Assembly: GCA_963764715.1 (NCBI GenBank)
Contig: CAVXTP010000022.1
Span: 1 to 64,000 of the forward strand
Reading direction: 5' to 3'
Length of the DNA: 64,000 nt
From: an uncultured Acidobacteriota bacterium
Lineage (GTDB): Bacteria > Acidobacteriota > Thermoanaerobaculia > UBA5066 > Gp7-AA6
The notes below the pieces were generated by a model. The model was not told the DNA's origin. It was given only the letters and a program-made list of their open reading frames with translations, and did no database searches. This document shows positions 31,160-40,830 of the stretch, piece after piece. Made by a program: the position numbers and the translations under genes. Within the stretch, counting starts at the first letter, position 1. Each line of letters starts with the position of its first letter.

Positions 31160-32683
31160 ATGAGCTCTCCGAGCGTTTCCGTTCCCGGAACGACGCGGCG
31201 CTCCGAGGAGGAGATCCGTCCCCCGTGCACGCTCGTGATCTTCGGGGCCTCGGGCGACCTCACGCGGCGCCTGCTCGCGCCGGCGATCGCGCACCTGAAC
31301 CGGGACGGCGCGATCTCGCCGGACTTCGCGATCGTCGGCATCGGCCGCACGCACTACTCCGACGACGAGTTCCGCCGGCACCTCGAGGAGGGCGCCCGCG
31401 AGTTCACGCCGCCGACCCAGGGCCGGCCCGGGGACCTCCCGGCGGTCGTTCGGTACGTCGCCGGGAACTTCACGGACCCGTCGCTCTATCGCGACGTCCG
31501 CGCGGCGCTCGACGCGATCGAGGGGAAGCGCTCGGGGAACCGCAACCGGATCTTCTACTTCGCGACGCCCCCCGACGCCGACGAGCCGATCCTCCATGGT
31601 CTCGGCGAGGCGGAGCTGACGCGCGTCGCCAACGGCTGGGTGCGCGCCGTCGTCGAGAAGCCGTTCGGCCACGACCTGCCGTCCTGCCGCCACCTCAACG
31701 AGGTGCTCCTCAAGGTCTTCCCCGAGAAGCAGGTCTACCGGATCGACCACTATCTCGGAAAGGAAACGGTCCAGAACATCTTCGTCCTGCGGTTCGCCAA
31801 CGGAATCTTCGAGCCGATGTGGAACCACCGCTACGTCGACCACGTCCAGATCTCGGTCGCGGAGTCGGTCGGGGTCGGGCATCGCGCCGGGTTCTACGAG
31901 GAAGCGGGCGTCGTGCGCGACATGTTCCAGAACCACATCATGCAGCTTCTGACCCTGACGGCGATGGAGCCGCCGGCCGCCTACGAGGCCGACGCGATCC
32001 GCGCCGAGAAGGTCAAGGTCCTCGAGTCGATCCGGCCGTTCGAGAACGACGGGATCGCCGAGTGGGCGGTCCGGGGCCAGTACGGCCCGGGGGTCGTCAA
32101 CGGCAAGCGCGTGCCCGGGTACCGCGAGGAGGAGAAGGTCGATCCGCAGTCCTTCACGCCGACCTACGCCGCCATCAAGGTCGCGATCGACAACTGGCGC
32201 TGGGCCGGCGTGCCGTTCTACCTGCGCTCCGGCAAGCGGCTCGCCAAGCGCGTCACCGAGGTCGCGATCGAGTTCAAACAGGTGCCCCACCGCTTCTTCA
32301 GCAAGGCCTCGGGGGAGCTCTCGCCGAACGTCCTGCGCCTGCACATTCAGCCGGACGAGGGCGTGTCGCTCAAGTTCGGCGTCAAGGTCCCGGGCTCGGT
32401 GCTGCAGGTGCAGTCGGTCTACATGGACTTCCCGTACTCGAAGCTCGGGGCGCCGATCGCCGGCGGGTACGAGCGGCTTCTCGTCGACGTCACGCACGGG
32501 GACCAGACCCTCTTCATCCGCGGCGACGAAGCGGAGCACGCGTGGGAAGTGCTGACCCCGATCCTCGACGCCTGGGAGCGCACGCCGCCGGCCGATTTCC
32601 CCAACTACGCCGCCGGCACGTTCGGGCCCGAGGCCGCGGACCGCTTCCTCGAAAAGGACGGCAGACGCTGGCGCACGCTGTAG
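31160..32683 (+). CDS. zwf: Glucose-6-phosphate 1-dehydrogenase
   Basis: FGASGDL, EKPFG, RIDHYLGKE and RDMFQNH motifs. Confidence 0.97.
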   Translation: MSSPSVSVPGTTRRSEEEIRPPCTLVIFGASGDLTRRLLAPAIAHLNRDGAISPDFAIVGIGRTHYSDDEFRRHLEEGAREFTPPTQGRPGDLPAVVRYVAGNFTDPSLYRDVRAALDAIEGKRSGNRNRIFYFATPPDADEPILHGLGEAELTRVANGWVRAVVEKPFGHDLPSCRHLNEVLLKVFPEKQVYRIDHYLGKETVQNIFVLRFANGIFEPMWNHRYVDHVQISVAESVGVGHRAGFYEEAGVVRDMFQNHIMQLLTLTAMEPPAAYEADAIRAEKVKVLESIRPFENDGIAEWAVRGQYGPGVVNGKRVPGYREEEKVDPQSFTPTYAAIKVAIDNWRWAGVPFYLRSGKRLAKRVTEVAIEFKQVPHRFFSKASGELSPNVLRLHIQPDEGVSLKFGVKVPGSVLQVQSVYMDFPYSKLGAPIAGGYERLLVDVTHGDQTLFIRGDEAEHAWEVLTPILDAWERTPPADFPNYAAGTFGPEAADRFLEKDGRRWRTL

Positions 32684-32687
32684 GAGA

Positions 32688-32770
32688 GGGCGGGGACGAG
32701 CCCCGCCCCTACGAACCGGGGCCTCCAAGGCCCGCCCTTCGGTCGTAGGGGCGGCCCTCGCGGCCGCCCC
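32688..32770. repeat. REP doublet (GTAG-type palindromes)
   Basis: Inverted CGTAGGGGCGGGGCTCGTCCCCGCCC (32688-32713) and CGTAGGGGCGGCCCTCGCGGCCGCCCC (32744-32770); same two types as at 21.8 kb. Confidence 0.75.
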
Positions 32771-32779
32771 CTCTCGAGC

Positions 32780-33556
32780 ATGAGCCCGTCGGCGTATCGC
32801 GACTTCCCGTTTCCCCTGAACGTTCTCCTCTCCGTCCTCGAGCGCGAAGAGGGGAGCGCCGCCTCCATGCACTACGGCCTCTTCGAGCACCCCGGCGACA
32901 CGATCGCCGCGGCCCAGGAGCGCTCGACGCAGCTGCTTCTGTCCCGACTCCCGCCGCCCTCGGCGTCGCTTCTCGAGGTCGGCATCGGCCTCGGGACGAC
33001 GCTCGCCCGGCTGACGGGGATGGGATACGCGGCTCAGGGCATCACGCCCGACCCCGTGCAGGCCGCGGCCGCGGCGGAGCGCTTCGGAGGGAGCATCCGA
33101 GTCCACACGACCCCGCTCGAGCACTACGAGACGACCGACCGCTTCGACGCCGTTCTTTTTCAGGAGTCCTCGCAGTACATCGAGAGCGGCGCGCTCTTCC
33201 GGAAGGTCCGCGCCCTCGCGGCCCCCGGCGCCCGCGTGGTCGTTCTCGACGAGTTCGCGCTCGCGCCCGTCGAAACGCCCGACGCCCTCCATCGCCTCGA
33301 CCGCTTCCTCGAGGCCGCGGAGGCGGCGGGCTTCCGGCGGGAGGAGGAGCTCGACGTCACGGCGAAAGCCGCTCCCACGATCGACTATTTCCTCGAGCGG
33401 ATTCCCCGGCACCGCGCGGCGATCGAACGGGACCTCGGCCTGGAGCCCGCTCGGATCGACGCGCTCCTCGAGAGCGGCCACGGCTACCGTGCGCTCTATG
33501 CCTCCGGCGCCTACGGCTACCGTCTGCTCCGGTTCGAACGCCGGCCGACGCCTTGA
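32780..33556 (+). CDS. Class I SAM-dependent methyltransferase
   Basis: MHYGLF, LLEVGIGLG motif I and FDAVLFQES. Confidence 0.85.
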   Translation: MSPSAYRDFPFPLNVLLSVLEREEGSAASMHYGLFEHPGDTIAAAQERSTQLLLSRLPPPSASLLEVGIGLGTTLARLTGMGYAAQGITPDPVQAAAAAERFGGSIRVHTTPLEHYETTDRFDAVLFQESSQYIESGALFRKVRALAAPGARVVVLDEFALAPVETPDALHRLDRFLEAAEAAGFRREEELDVTAKAAPTIDYFLERIPRHRAAIERDLGLEPARIDALLESGHGYRALYASGAYGYRLLRFERRPTP

Positions 33557-35133
33557 AGAAACGGGCTCGGCGGGCGCTGGCCTGGGCCGGAATCCTGGCC
33601 GCTGCACTCGCCGTTCGGGCCCTGCCGCTCGGAGCGGCGAAGCCGTACATGTCTTATGTCGACGAAGGCAACTATCTCCACCCCGCGTTCGCGATTCTGC
33701 GATCCGGAGACTGGGACCAGCCGGCCTTCCTGTACCCACAGCTTCCGATCTTCGGCGCGGCGGCGGCGATGCATGTTGCCGACGGCCTCTCGCGCGCGCT
33801 CGGCGGACGCTCGCTTCGAGCCGAGGTCCCCCGTGACGTTCAGATCTACGACGAGCTGGAGCCCTTCGAGTTTCTCCTCGCCGCCAGGCTCGCCGTGCTG
33901 GCCGTGAGTCTTGGAATCGTCATCCTCACGGGCGTGCTCGCGAGCCGGATGGCGGGTCCGGAGGCTGGGCTGGCGGCGGGACTTCTGGCGGCCCTGGTCC
34001 CGGCGCTCGTCGTGCGCAGCGCGTATGCCACGGTCGACCCGTGGGCGACCTTCTTCGCGCTCGGGACACTGATTCTGACCGACGTGTCCCGGACCTCGCG
34101 GCGGCCCGGCCTGGCCTCCCTCGGGGCGGGAGCGCTCGCGGGCCTGGCGTTCGCATCGAAGTACCCGGCGGGTCTCGTCATCCTGAGCTTCATGGTGACC
34201 ACGATCCTCGCCGGCCTCCCGGCGAAGGAGAAGTCGCGTCGAGTCCTGCTCGCCCTCTCGGGGCTCGTCGTCGGGGCCGTCGTCGCGATGCCCGCGCTCG
34301 TCGCCCACCCGCGAGCGGTCTTCGATGCGATCGTGCAACAGGGAACGCAGTATTCCGAGCTCGCTTCGCCCGCGCTCTGGCGTCAGGCCCTGGTCCGAGC
34401 CGAGTGGGACGTCCCGTACGACCGCCCCGAGCTCGGACCGGCGTTCGTTCTGTTCGCCACCGGGGGCCTGCTGCTCGGCCTTCGAACGAAGGAGATCGCT
34501 CCCGCGATCCGGGGGTGGTGGGCGTGGATCGGTGTGGCCGCCGCGCTGTACGGTACGAGATCCTTCCAACCGTTCCGAAACATGCTCCCGCTCGTGCCCC
34601 CGGCCTGCGTCGGCGTTTCCCTGCTCTACGTTCGCTGGAGTGCCCTGTCGAAGAGGCCGCGCCTCGTGGCGCTGGCCGGGGTGGTCTGGGTGCTCGCGAG
34701 CTTCGGCGTTCCCGTCGCAATCCAGTCGGTCGCTCGTGCCCGCCTCGTCGACAGCCGTGTGGCGGCGATCGACTGGCTGGCGGGGCACAGCCGGCCCGGA
34801 GAAACGGGCATCGTCGTCCGCGAACTCGGTGTGCTGCGACAGGAGATTCGCCGGGTCCCGGCCTGGGTGGGACCGCGGTGGGCCCGAATGGCGCCCGATG
34901 CCATTGCAACCCACGAGCCGCGGTGGGTCGTCGCGGGCGTATCGGCCGGAGCCGGCGCCGTGGATGGACAGCTCCTGGACCACCCGGAGATTCGCGACGA
35001 GTATGTCGTCCGTTTTCGGGCCGGTCGGCGGGCGACCCCGTCTGACCCGGGCGGCTGGCGAGGCAACGACGAGATGGTCTGCGTGCTGGAGAGAAAGAAC
35101 CCCTCGGTTTCCGCGCCCGAGCAGAGCCGATGA
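33553..35133 (+). CDS. GT-C (ArnT/PMT-like) membrane glycosyltransferase
   Basis: YVDE acidic motif after TM1; GLAFASKY; many TM segments. Confidence 0.75.
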   Translation: MKKRARRALAWAGILAAALAVRALPLGAAKPYMSYVDEGNYLHPAFAILRSGDWDQPAFLYPQLPIFGAAAAMHVADGLSRALGGRSLRAEVPRDVQIYDELEPFEFLLAARLAVLAVSLGIVILTGVLASRMAGPEAGLAAGLLAALVPALVVRSAYATVDPWATFFALGTLILTDVSRTSRRPGLASLGAGALAGLAFASKYPAGLVILSFMVTTILAGLPAKEKSRRVLLALSGLVVGAVVAMPALVAHPRAVFDAIVQQGTQYSELASPALWRQALVRAEWDVPYDRPELGPAFVLFATGGLLLGLRTKEIAPAIRGWWAWIGVAAALYGTRSFQPFRNMLPLVPPACVGVSLLYVRWSALSKRPRLVALAGVVWVLASFGVPVAIQSVARARLVDSRVAAIDWLAGHSRPGETGIVVRELGVLRQEIRRVPAWVGPRWARMAPDAIATHEPRWVVAGVSAGAGAVDGQLLDHPEIRDEYVVRFRAGRRATPSDPGGWRGNDEMVCVLERKNPSVSAPEQSR

Positions 35134-35148
35134 CGACCGGGCCGGGTC

Positions 35149-37233
35149 CTAGGCTTCCTTGACCTCGCCGCCCTTGCCGGCCTTGGACTGGGCGATCACC
35201 TTCTCCTGGAGCGCGTGCGGGACCTCGGCGTAGTGCGAGAACTCGAGGTGGAAGGAGCCGCGGCCCTGGGTGATCGAGCGCAGCTGCGCGCCGTAGGTCA
35301 GAAGCTCCGACATCGGGACCTGCGCCTTGATGACGGTGTCGTCTTCGGCGGCGTCCATGCCCTCGACCTTTCCCCGGCGGGACGAGAGGTCCCCCATGAG
35401 ATCGCCGACGTACTCGTTGGGAGCCGTGATCTCGACGTTCATGACGGGCTCGAGCAGCGTGGGCCTGGCGGCCGCCATCGCCTCCTTGTAGGCGAGGGCC
35501 CCGGCGAGCTTGAACGCGAGCTCGGAGGAGTCGACGTCGTGGTACTGGCCGTCGTAGAGCGTGACGCGGAAGTCGACCATCGGGTACCCGGCGAGGAAGC
35601 CCTTGCGGCGGACCTCCTGGATCCCCTTCTCGACGGCGGGGATGAAGTTGCGCGGGATCGCTCCGCCGTAAATGTCGTCGACGAACTCGAAGTCCTTGCC
35701 GCGGGGCAGCGGCTCGACGCGGATGCGGCAGTCGGCGAACTGGCCGTGGCCGCCGGTCTGCTTCTTGTGCCGGCCGTGGGCCTCGGCCTTGCGGGTGATG
35801 GTCTCGCGGTAGGGGACCTTGGGCGGGTGGAGGATGACCTCGACGCCGTACCGCTTCTTGAGGCGGGCGACGGCGATCTCGACGTGGAGCTGCGAGGCGC
35901 CGGCGAGGTGGAACTCCTTGGTCTCCTCGTCCCGCTGGAAGGAGAGCGAGGGATCTTCCTCGATCAGCTTGTGGAGGGCCGTCGAGATCTTGTCCTCGTC
36001 GCCCTTGGCCTTCGGCTCGATGGCGTAGGCGATCGAGGCCTCCGGGACCTTGAGCGCCGGGATGACGACGGGGTGGTCCTTGGCCGTGAGCGTGTCGCCC
36101 GTCAGCGTTTCCTTGAGCTTGGCGACGGCGACGATGTCGCCGGCCTTCGCCTCGGCGACGCTGACGTGCTCCTTGCCCTGCGGCAGGAACAGGCCCGAGA
36201 AGCGCTCCGGGACGCTCTTTCCGGAATTCCAGTAGGTTCCGTCGGACTGGAAGTGGCCCGCGAGAACACGCAGGTACGAGATGCGGCCCGCGAAGGGGTC
36301 CGAGACCGTCTTGAAGACCTGCGCGACCGCGGGGTCTTTCTCGTTGCAGAAGATCATGGCGGGCTTGCCGTCCTTGCCGACCGCCTCGGTCTTCCGCTCT
36401 TCGGGGGTCGGCAGGAGCGCGACGCAGGCGTCGAGGATCCGCAGGGCGCCGACGGTGTGGGAGGAGGAGGCGCAAAGGACGGGGAAGATCTTGCGCTCGA
36501 CGATCTCGCGCTTCAACCCGGGCACGATGTCCTGGGCGTCGAGGGTGCCCTGGGCGAAGAACTTCTCCATGAGGTCGTCCTCGCCCTCGGCGACGGCCTC
36601 GACGAGCGCCTCGTGCTCGGCCTTCGCGCGCTCGGCCAGGTCGGCCGGGATGGGCCCGTCGCTGCGCTTGCCGTCGTCGTTGACGTGCGCTTCCATCCGG
36701 ACGAGGTCGACGGTGCCGTGGAAGCCCTTCTCCTCGCCGATCGGGATCTGGAGGGCGACGACGCCCCGGCCGAACTTCTTCTGGAGGCTGGCGATCGAGC
36801 GGTCGAAGGAGGCGCGCTCGCGGTCCATCCGGTTGACGACGAAGAGCACCGGCCGCCCGAACTCGGCGGCGAACTTCCAGACCCGCTCGGTCTGGACCTC
36901 GACTCCCGAAACGGCGTCGAGCACGATGATGGCGGCGTCGGCGGCGTAGACGGCCGCGCGCGCTTCGGTCGCGAAGATGCCGTAGCCGGGGGCGTCGATG
37001 AAGTTGATCTTCGTGTCGCGGTGGACGACGTGGGCGCAGGCCAGGTTGATCGAGATCTTGCGGTCGATTTCCTCGCCGTCGAAGTCCGTCGGGCAGGTGC
37101 CATCCTCGATGCGGCCGGCCCGGGTGGTTGCCCCGGCGGCGTACAGGAGGGAGGCGACGAGGGTGGTCTTGCCGACCGTGTTGTGTCCCACGACGGCGAC
37201 GTTGCGCAGGTTGGGAGCGGAGAATGACTTCAT
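35149..37233 (-). CDS. fusA: Elongation factor G-like protein (EF-G2)
   Basis: DAPG, KKQTGGHGQF, YHDVDSSELAF and LRSITQGRG motifs; divergent G1 (GHNTVGKT) and G4 (NRMD). Confidence 0.9.
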   Translation of the reverse strand: MKSFSAPNLRNVAVVGHNTVGKTTLVASLLYAAGATTRAGRIEDGTCPTDFDGEEIDRKISINLACAHVVHRDTKINFIDAPGYGIFATEARAAVYAADAAIIVLDAVSGVEVQTERVWKFAAEFGRPVLFVVNRMDRERASFDRSIASLQKKFGRGVVALQIPIGEEKGFHGTVDLVRMEAHVNDDGKRSDGPIPADLAERAKAEHEALVEAVAEGEDDLMEKFFAQGTLDAQDIVPGLKREIVERKIFPVLCASSSHTVGALRILDACVALLPTPEERKTEAVGKDGKPAMIFCNEKDPAVAQVFKTVSDPFAGRISYLRVLAGHFQSDGTYWNSGKSVPERFSGLFLPQGKEHVSVAEAKAGDIVAVAKLKETLTGDTLTAKDHPVVIPALKVPEASIAYAIEPKAKGDEDKISTALHKLIEEDPSLSFQRDEETKEFHLAGASQLHVEIAVARLKKRYGVEVILHPPKVPYRETITRKAEAHGRHKKQTGGHGQFADCRIRVEPLPRGKDFEFVDDIYGGAIPRNFIPAVEKGIQEVRRKGFLAGYPMVDFRVTLYDGQYHDVDSSELAFKLAGALAYKEAMAAARPTLLEPVMNVEITAPNEYVGDLMGDLSSRRGKVEGMDAAEDDTVIKAQVPMSELLTYGAQLRSITQGRGSFHLEFSHYAEVPHALQEKVIAQSKAGKGGEVKEA

Positions 37234-37242
37234 GGCGCCGGA

Positions 37243-37389
37243 TTATATTGAAGGCCTGGCGCAGCCCCGGGCCAAAAGAACCCACAGAAAGACCGCCGTG
37301 GCCGCGAGAATTACGCCCGCGAGCAGCAGCGCCGCCGCGACGGCTTTGCCGCTTTTGAGCCGTTCCTCCGGGTCCTCGCGCGGCGTCAC
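37243..37389 (-). CDS. Putative small single-TM protein (48 aa)
   Basis: GTG start with GGAG upstream; hydrophobic AVAAALLLAGVILAATAVFLWVLLA. Confidence 0.45.
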   Translation of the reverse strand: MTPREDPEERLKSGKAVAAALLLAGVILAATAVFLWVLLARGCARPSI

Positions 37390-37416
37390 CGCCGCTCCGG
37401 CGACAATGAGGGCGGC

Positions 37417-37569
37417 ATGACCGCGCTCTCCTGTGTGGGCATCGGGCTCGCCTTCGCGATCGCCGTCGGCCTGCTCGTGTTCGCGGGCTTCCTGCTGGGC
37501 TGGGTGATCCCCGCGATCATCGAGCGTTCGCGGCAACGCCGAGACGGTCCTCCGCCGAGTAGAGATTGA
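37417..37569 (+). CDS. Putative small single-TM protein (50 aa)
   Basis: MTALSCVGIGLAFAIAVGLLVFAGFLLGWVIPAIIERSRQRR...; GC3-rich codons. Confidence 0.5.
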   Translation: MTALSCVGIGLAFAIAVGLLVFAGFLLGWVIPAIIERSRQRRDGPPPSRD

Positions 37570-38344
37570 AGCCTCCCTCCCGCAGGAAGCCCACGAGGGC
37601 GACGCGCGCGGCGCGCGCGAGATCGATCGCGAGCGAGGAGGGCGCGGACACCGCGGCGAGGATCGGCACCCCGGCGGCCACGGCCTTCTGAACGATCTCG
37701 AACGAGGCGCGGCCGGACACGAGCAGGACGTTCTGCGACAGGGGAACTCGGCCCTCGCGAAAGAGGTGCCCGAGGACCTTGTCGACGGCGTTGTGCCGTC
37801 CGACGTCCTCGCGCGAAGCCACGAGCTCGCCCGAGAGCGTGAAGACACCCGCCCCGTGGAGCCCGCCCGTCTCCGCGAAATCGGCCTGCGCCCGTCGCAG
37901 CTTCGCCGGCAGAGATGCGAGCACGTCGGGGGAGATCCGGGCGTCCGAGGCGACCGGGGGAAACCGCCCGTGGATCGACTCGATCGAGCCCTTGCCGCAG
38001 AGGCCGCAGGAGGAGCTCGTCAGGAGGAGCCGCTTCGCGCGGTCGAGGCCGCGGGCCGGCGCGGTGGAGCGGACGATGACGACGTTGCCTTCCTCCTCCT
38101 CCGAGCGGACCTCGCGGCAGTGCTCCAGCCGGACGATCTCCTCGGGCCGCCGGACGATGCCCTCGGAGAGGAGCCATCCGGCCGCCAGGTCGAAATCGTG
38201 GCCGGGGGTCCGCATGGTGACGGCGAGCGTCTCGGACCCGACGCGGATCTCGAGCGGCTCCTCGACCGTCACACGGTCCTCGCGGGGCCGGGCCTCGCCC
38301 CCCGCCTCGAACCGGAGGATGCGTTCGCCTCGGACCGGGTCCAT
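37517..38344 (-). CDS. fdhD: Formate dehydrogenase accessory sulfurtransferase FdhD
   Basis: EEPLEI, TMRTPG, SSCGLCG, TGGLHGA and REDVGRHNAVDK motifs. Confidence 0.95.
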   Translation of the reverse strand: MDPVRGERILRFEAGGEARPREDRVTVEEPLEIRVGSETLAVTMRTPGHDFDLAAGWLLSEGIVRRPEEIVRLEHCREVRSEEEEGNVVIVRSTAPARGLDRAKRLLLTSSSCGLCGKGSIESIHGRFPPVASDARISPDVLASLPAKLRRAQADFAETGGLHGAGVFTLSGELVASREDVGRHNAVDKVLGHLFREGRVPLSQNVLLVSGRASFEIVQKAVAAGVPILAAVSAPSSLAIDLARAARVALVGFLREGGFNLYSAEDRLGVAANAR

Positions 38345-38512
38345 AGGGCGCAGAATACCGCTCCAATACGGCCTCCGACGACACCCGCAGGCCGTCCGGA
38401 CCGCCCCGATTCACACGCGGATCCGGCCAACCTGCTAGAATTTCGGCGGTCCGGCGCCCACTTGCATCACCGCGGGTCGTCCGCCGGGCGGGGAGGGACT
38501 CGTTCCGAGCCT

Positions 38513-40678
38513 ATGGCGGAGAAAGTAGCGGGAGCGCGCGTGGGCAGGCTCGGCCGCTACGAAGTCTTGAACGAGCTCGGCAAGGGCGCGATGGGAGTCG
38601 TGTACCTCGCCAAGGACCCCGTCATCGGCCGGCTCGTCGCCATCAAGACCATCAAGACGTCCCAGGGCGACGAGGACGACTCGGAGTCCCGCGAGTTCCG
38701 GGAGCGCTTCGTGCGCGAGGCGCAGACGGCCGGGATCCTCTCCCATCCCAACATCGTCACGATCCACGACATCGGGGAGGACACCGAAAGCCGCGCGTCC
38801 TTCATCGCCATGGAGTACATCGAGGGGCGCAACCTCAAGTCGCTCCTGGCCGACAAGAACCGGTTCACCTGGGACGAGATCGCGGACCTCGTGGCGCAGA
38901 TCGGCGAAGCCCTCGACTACGCCCACCGCAAGGGCATCATCCACCGCGACGTCAAGCCGGCGAACATCATCCTGACGACCGACGGCAAGGTCAAGATCAC
39001 CGATTTCGGGATCGCGAAGGTCGCCTCGTCCAACCTCACGACCACCGGCCAGTTTCTCGGGACCCCCAACTACATGTCGCCCGAGCAGGTCTCCGGCGCC
39101 CCCGTCGACGGCCGGAGCGACATCTTTTCGCTGGGCGTCGTGCTGTACGAGATGCTGACCTTGCGCAAGCCCTTCCAGGGCGACAACCTCACGGCGATCT
39201 CGTACAAGATCGTCCACGAGGACTTCACGCCTCCGGCCGACCTCTCGAGCGACGTCCCGCCGGAGTTCAACCCGATCGTCGCCCGCGCGATGGCCAAGGA
39301 CCCGTGGAACCGGTACCAGCGCGGCAAGGACATGGCCCTCGCGCTCTACCAGCTCAAGGCCCACATGGAGGAGCAGAAGGCGCTCCAGGACCTCGGCACG
39401 ATGGTCTCGGCCGCCGAGAATCTGCCGACCCTGAAGCTCGCGAACCTGCAGGAGCTCGCGGCGCAGGGCGCGCCGCGCGACACGACGGCCGTTCCTCCCG
39501 CTGCGCCGCCGCCGCCCGGTCCGCCGCCCGCGCCCTCCGACGTGCCGGGCGGCGAGGACGACCGCGAGTCGACGAACCCCGTGCGCGTCGCCGCGGCGGA
39601 TGCGCCCGCCGAGCCGGAGGCCGAGACCTCGATCCCGCTCGAGGGCGGCTTCGAGAACGCGGATCAGCTTCCGCCCATCCCGGGCTCGACGCCGGTGGCG
39701 GCGCCGGCGCCCGTCCCCGCGCAGGAGTGGAAGAAGATCGCGAAGGCCGAGGTCAATCCCAAGTGGTTCTGGCGCGTCGTGGCCGGTGCCGCGGGACTCG
39801 CGATCCTCGTCATCGGCTTCTTCGCGCTGCGGGCGAGGTCGGCCTCGACGCCGACCGTGGCCCCCGACGCGGCGCTCGAGCAGGAAGTCCACGACCGCAA
39901 GCAGGCGCTGGAAGAGGGTCAGAAGCTCTTCGCCGCGGGCCAGTACGCCGAGAGCCTGGCGAAGTTCCGGCAAGTCCTCGCGCGCAGCCCCAACAACGAG
40001 GAGGCCCGCAAGTACGCCCAGATGGCGGAGAACGCCGTCAAGAGCCAGCAGGAGGAGACGCAGCGCCGCGAGCAGGAAGCCGCGACGCTCGCCGCCGCGC
40101 GCACGGCGCTCGCCGAGGGGCGGCCCGAGGAGGCCAAGCAGAAGGCCGAAGAGGTGCTCGCGGCCGACGCCGCCAACGCCGACGCCCAGTCGGTCCGCGA
40201 CGAGGCCGACGCGAAGATCGCCGAGAAGGTCGCGGCCGAGGCCGCCGCGCGCAAGAAGGTGTCGAAGCCCAAGGAGGCGCCCGCGGTCGCCAGGAAGGGA
40301 GCCGCTCCCGCCCCGGCCGGCGGGCCCGCCCGAGCCGCCGCCGCCGCGCCGCCGTCGCAGGGCGCGGCCCCGGCCCCCGCCCCCGGCACCGCGACCGTCC
40401 GCCTCGTGTTCGACTCGCCGCTGCCCGAAGGCCACGTCATGATCGCCGTCAACGACCAGATCCTTCTGCGCAAGCCCTTCTCGTTCAAGAAGGGCGAGAG
40501 CCGCAGCGTGATCGCGAGCCTCACGGTGCAGCCCGGGCCCGCGACGATCAAGGCCTGGCTCTCGGGCCCGGACATGCCGTCGGCATTCGCCACGACGAGC
40601 GCGCAGGTCTCGGGCGGCGAGACGAAGACGCTCCGGCTCGACTATTCGGGCGGAAAGCTCGGGATCCAGCTCCAGTAG
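38513..40678 (+). CDS. Hanks-type Ser/Thr protein kinase with TM segment and extracellular TPR-like domain
   Basis: [27 protein letters not shown] and YMSPEQ motifs; Pro-rich linker; TM helix. Confidence 0.95.
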   Translation: MAEKVAGARVGRLGRYEVLNELGKGAMGVVYLAKDPVIGRLVAIKTIKTSQGDEDDSESREFRERFVREAQTAGILSHPNIVTIHDIGEDTESRASFIAMEYIEGRNLKSLLADKNRFTWDEIADLVAQIGEALDYAHRKGIIHRDVKPANIILTTDGKVKITDFGIAKVASSNLTTTGQFLGTPNYMSPEQVSGAPVDGRSDIFSLGVVLYEMLTLRKPFQGDNLTAISYKIVHEDFTPPADLSSDVPPEFNPIVARAMAKDPWNRYQRGKDMALALYQLKAHMEEQKALQDLGTMVSAAENLPTLKLANLQELAAQGAPRDTTAVPPAAPPPPGPPPAPSDVPGGEDDRESTNPVRVAAADAPAEPEAETSIPLEGGFENADQLPPIPGSTPVAAPAPVPAQEWKKIAKAEVNPKWFWRVVAGAAGLAILVIGFFALRARSASTPTVAPDAALEQEVHDRKQALEEGQKLFAAGQYAESLAKFRQVLARSPNNEEARKYAQMAENAVKSQQEETQRREQEAATLAAARTALAEGRPEEAKQKAEEVLAADAANADAQSVRDEADAKIAEKVAAEAAARKKVSKPKEAPAVARKGAAPAPAGGPARAAAAAPPSQGAAPAPAPGTATVRLVFDSPLPEGHVMIAVNDQILLRKPFSFKKGESRSVIASLTVQPGPATIKAWLSGPDMPSAFATTSAQVSGGETKTLRLDYSGGKLGIQLQ

Positions 40679-40703
40679 CGGCCCGCGCGCCATTCGGGGG
40701 CCT

Positions 40704-40732
40704 TTGCCAAAAGGCCCGGAATCGCGTATAAC
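40704..40732 (+). promoter_or_regulatory. Sigma70-type promoter of tRNA-Pro
   Basis: TTGCCA-17bp-TATAAC, 11 bp before the tRNA. Confidence 0.7.
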
Positions 40733-40743
40733 CCGCAACTCCT

Positions 40744-40829
<86 letters not shown>

Positions 40830-40830
40830 G

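Noticed and set aside
9069-33739. Very long alternative-frame ORFs (e.g. 13986-17321, 18442-21798, 24705-27992, 31049-33739)
   Set aside because: Arg/Gly/Pro-rich shadows of real genes caused by stop-codon scarcity in GC-rich DNA.
37766-38512. N-terminal extension of the Ser/Thr kinase (likewise for adk, rpoA, tal, gpmI, dsbD ORF calls)
   Set aside because: Extensions overlap other real genes; better starts lie immediately before the conserved domains.
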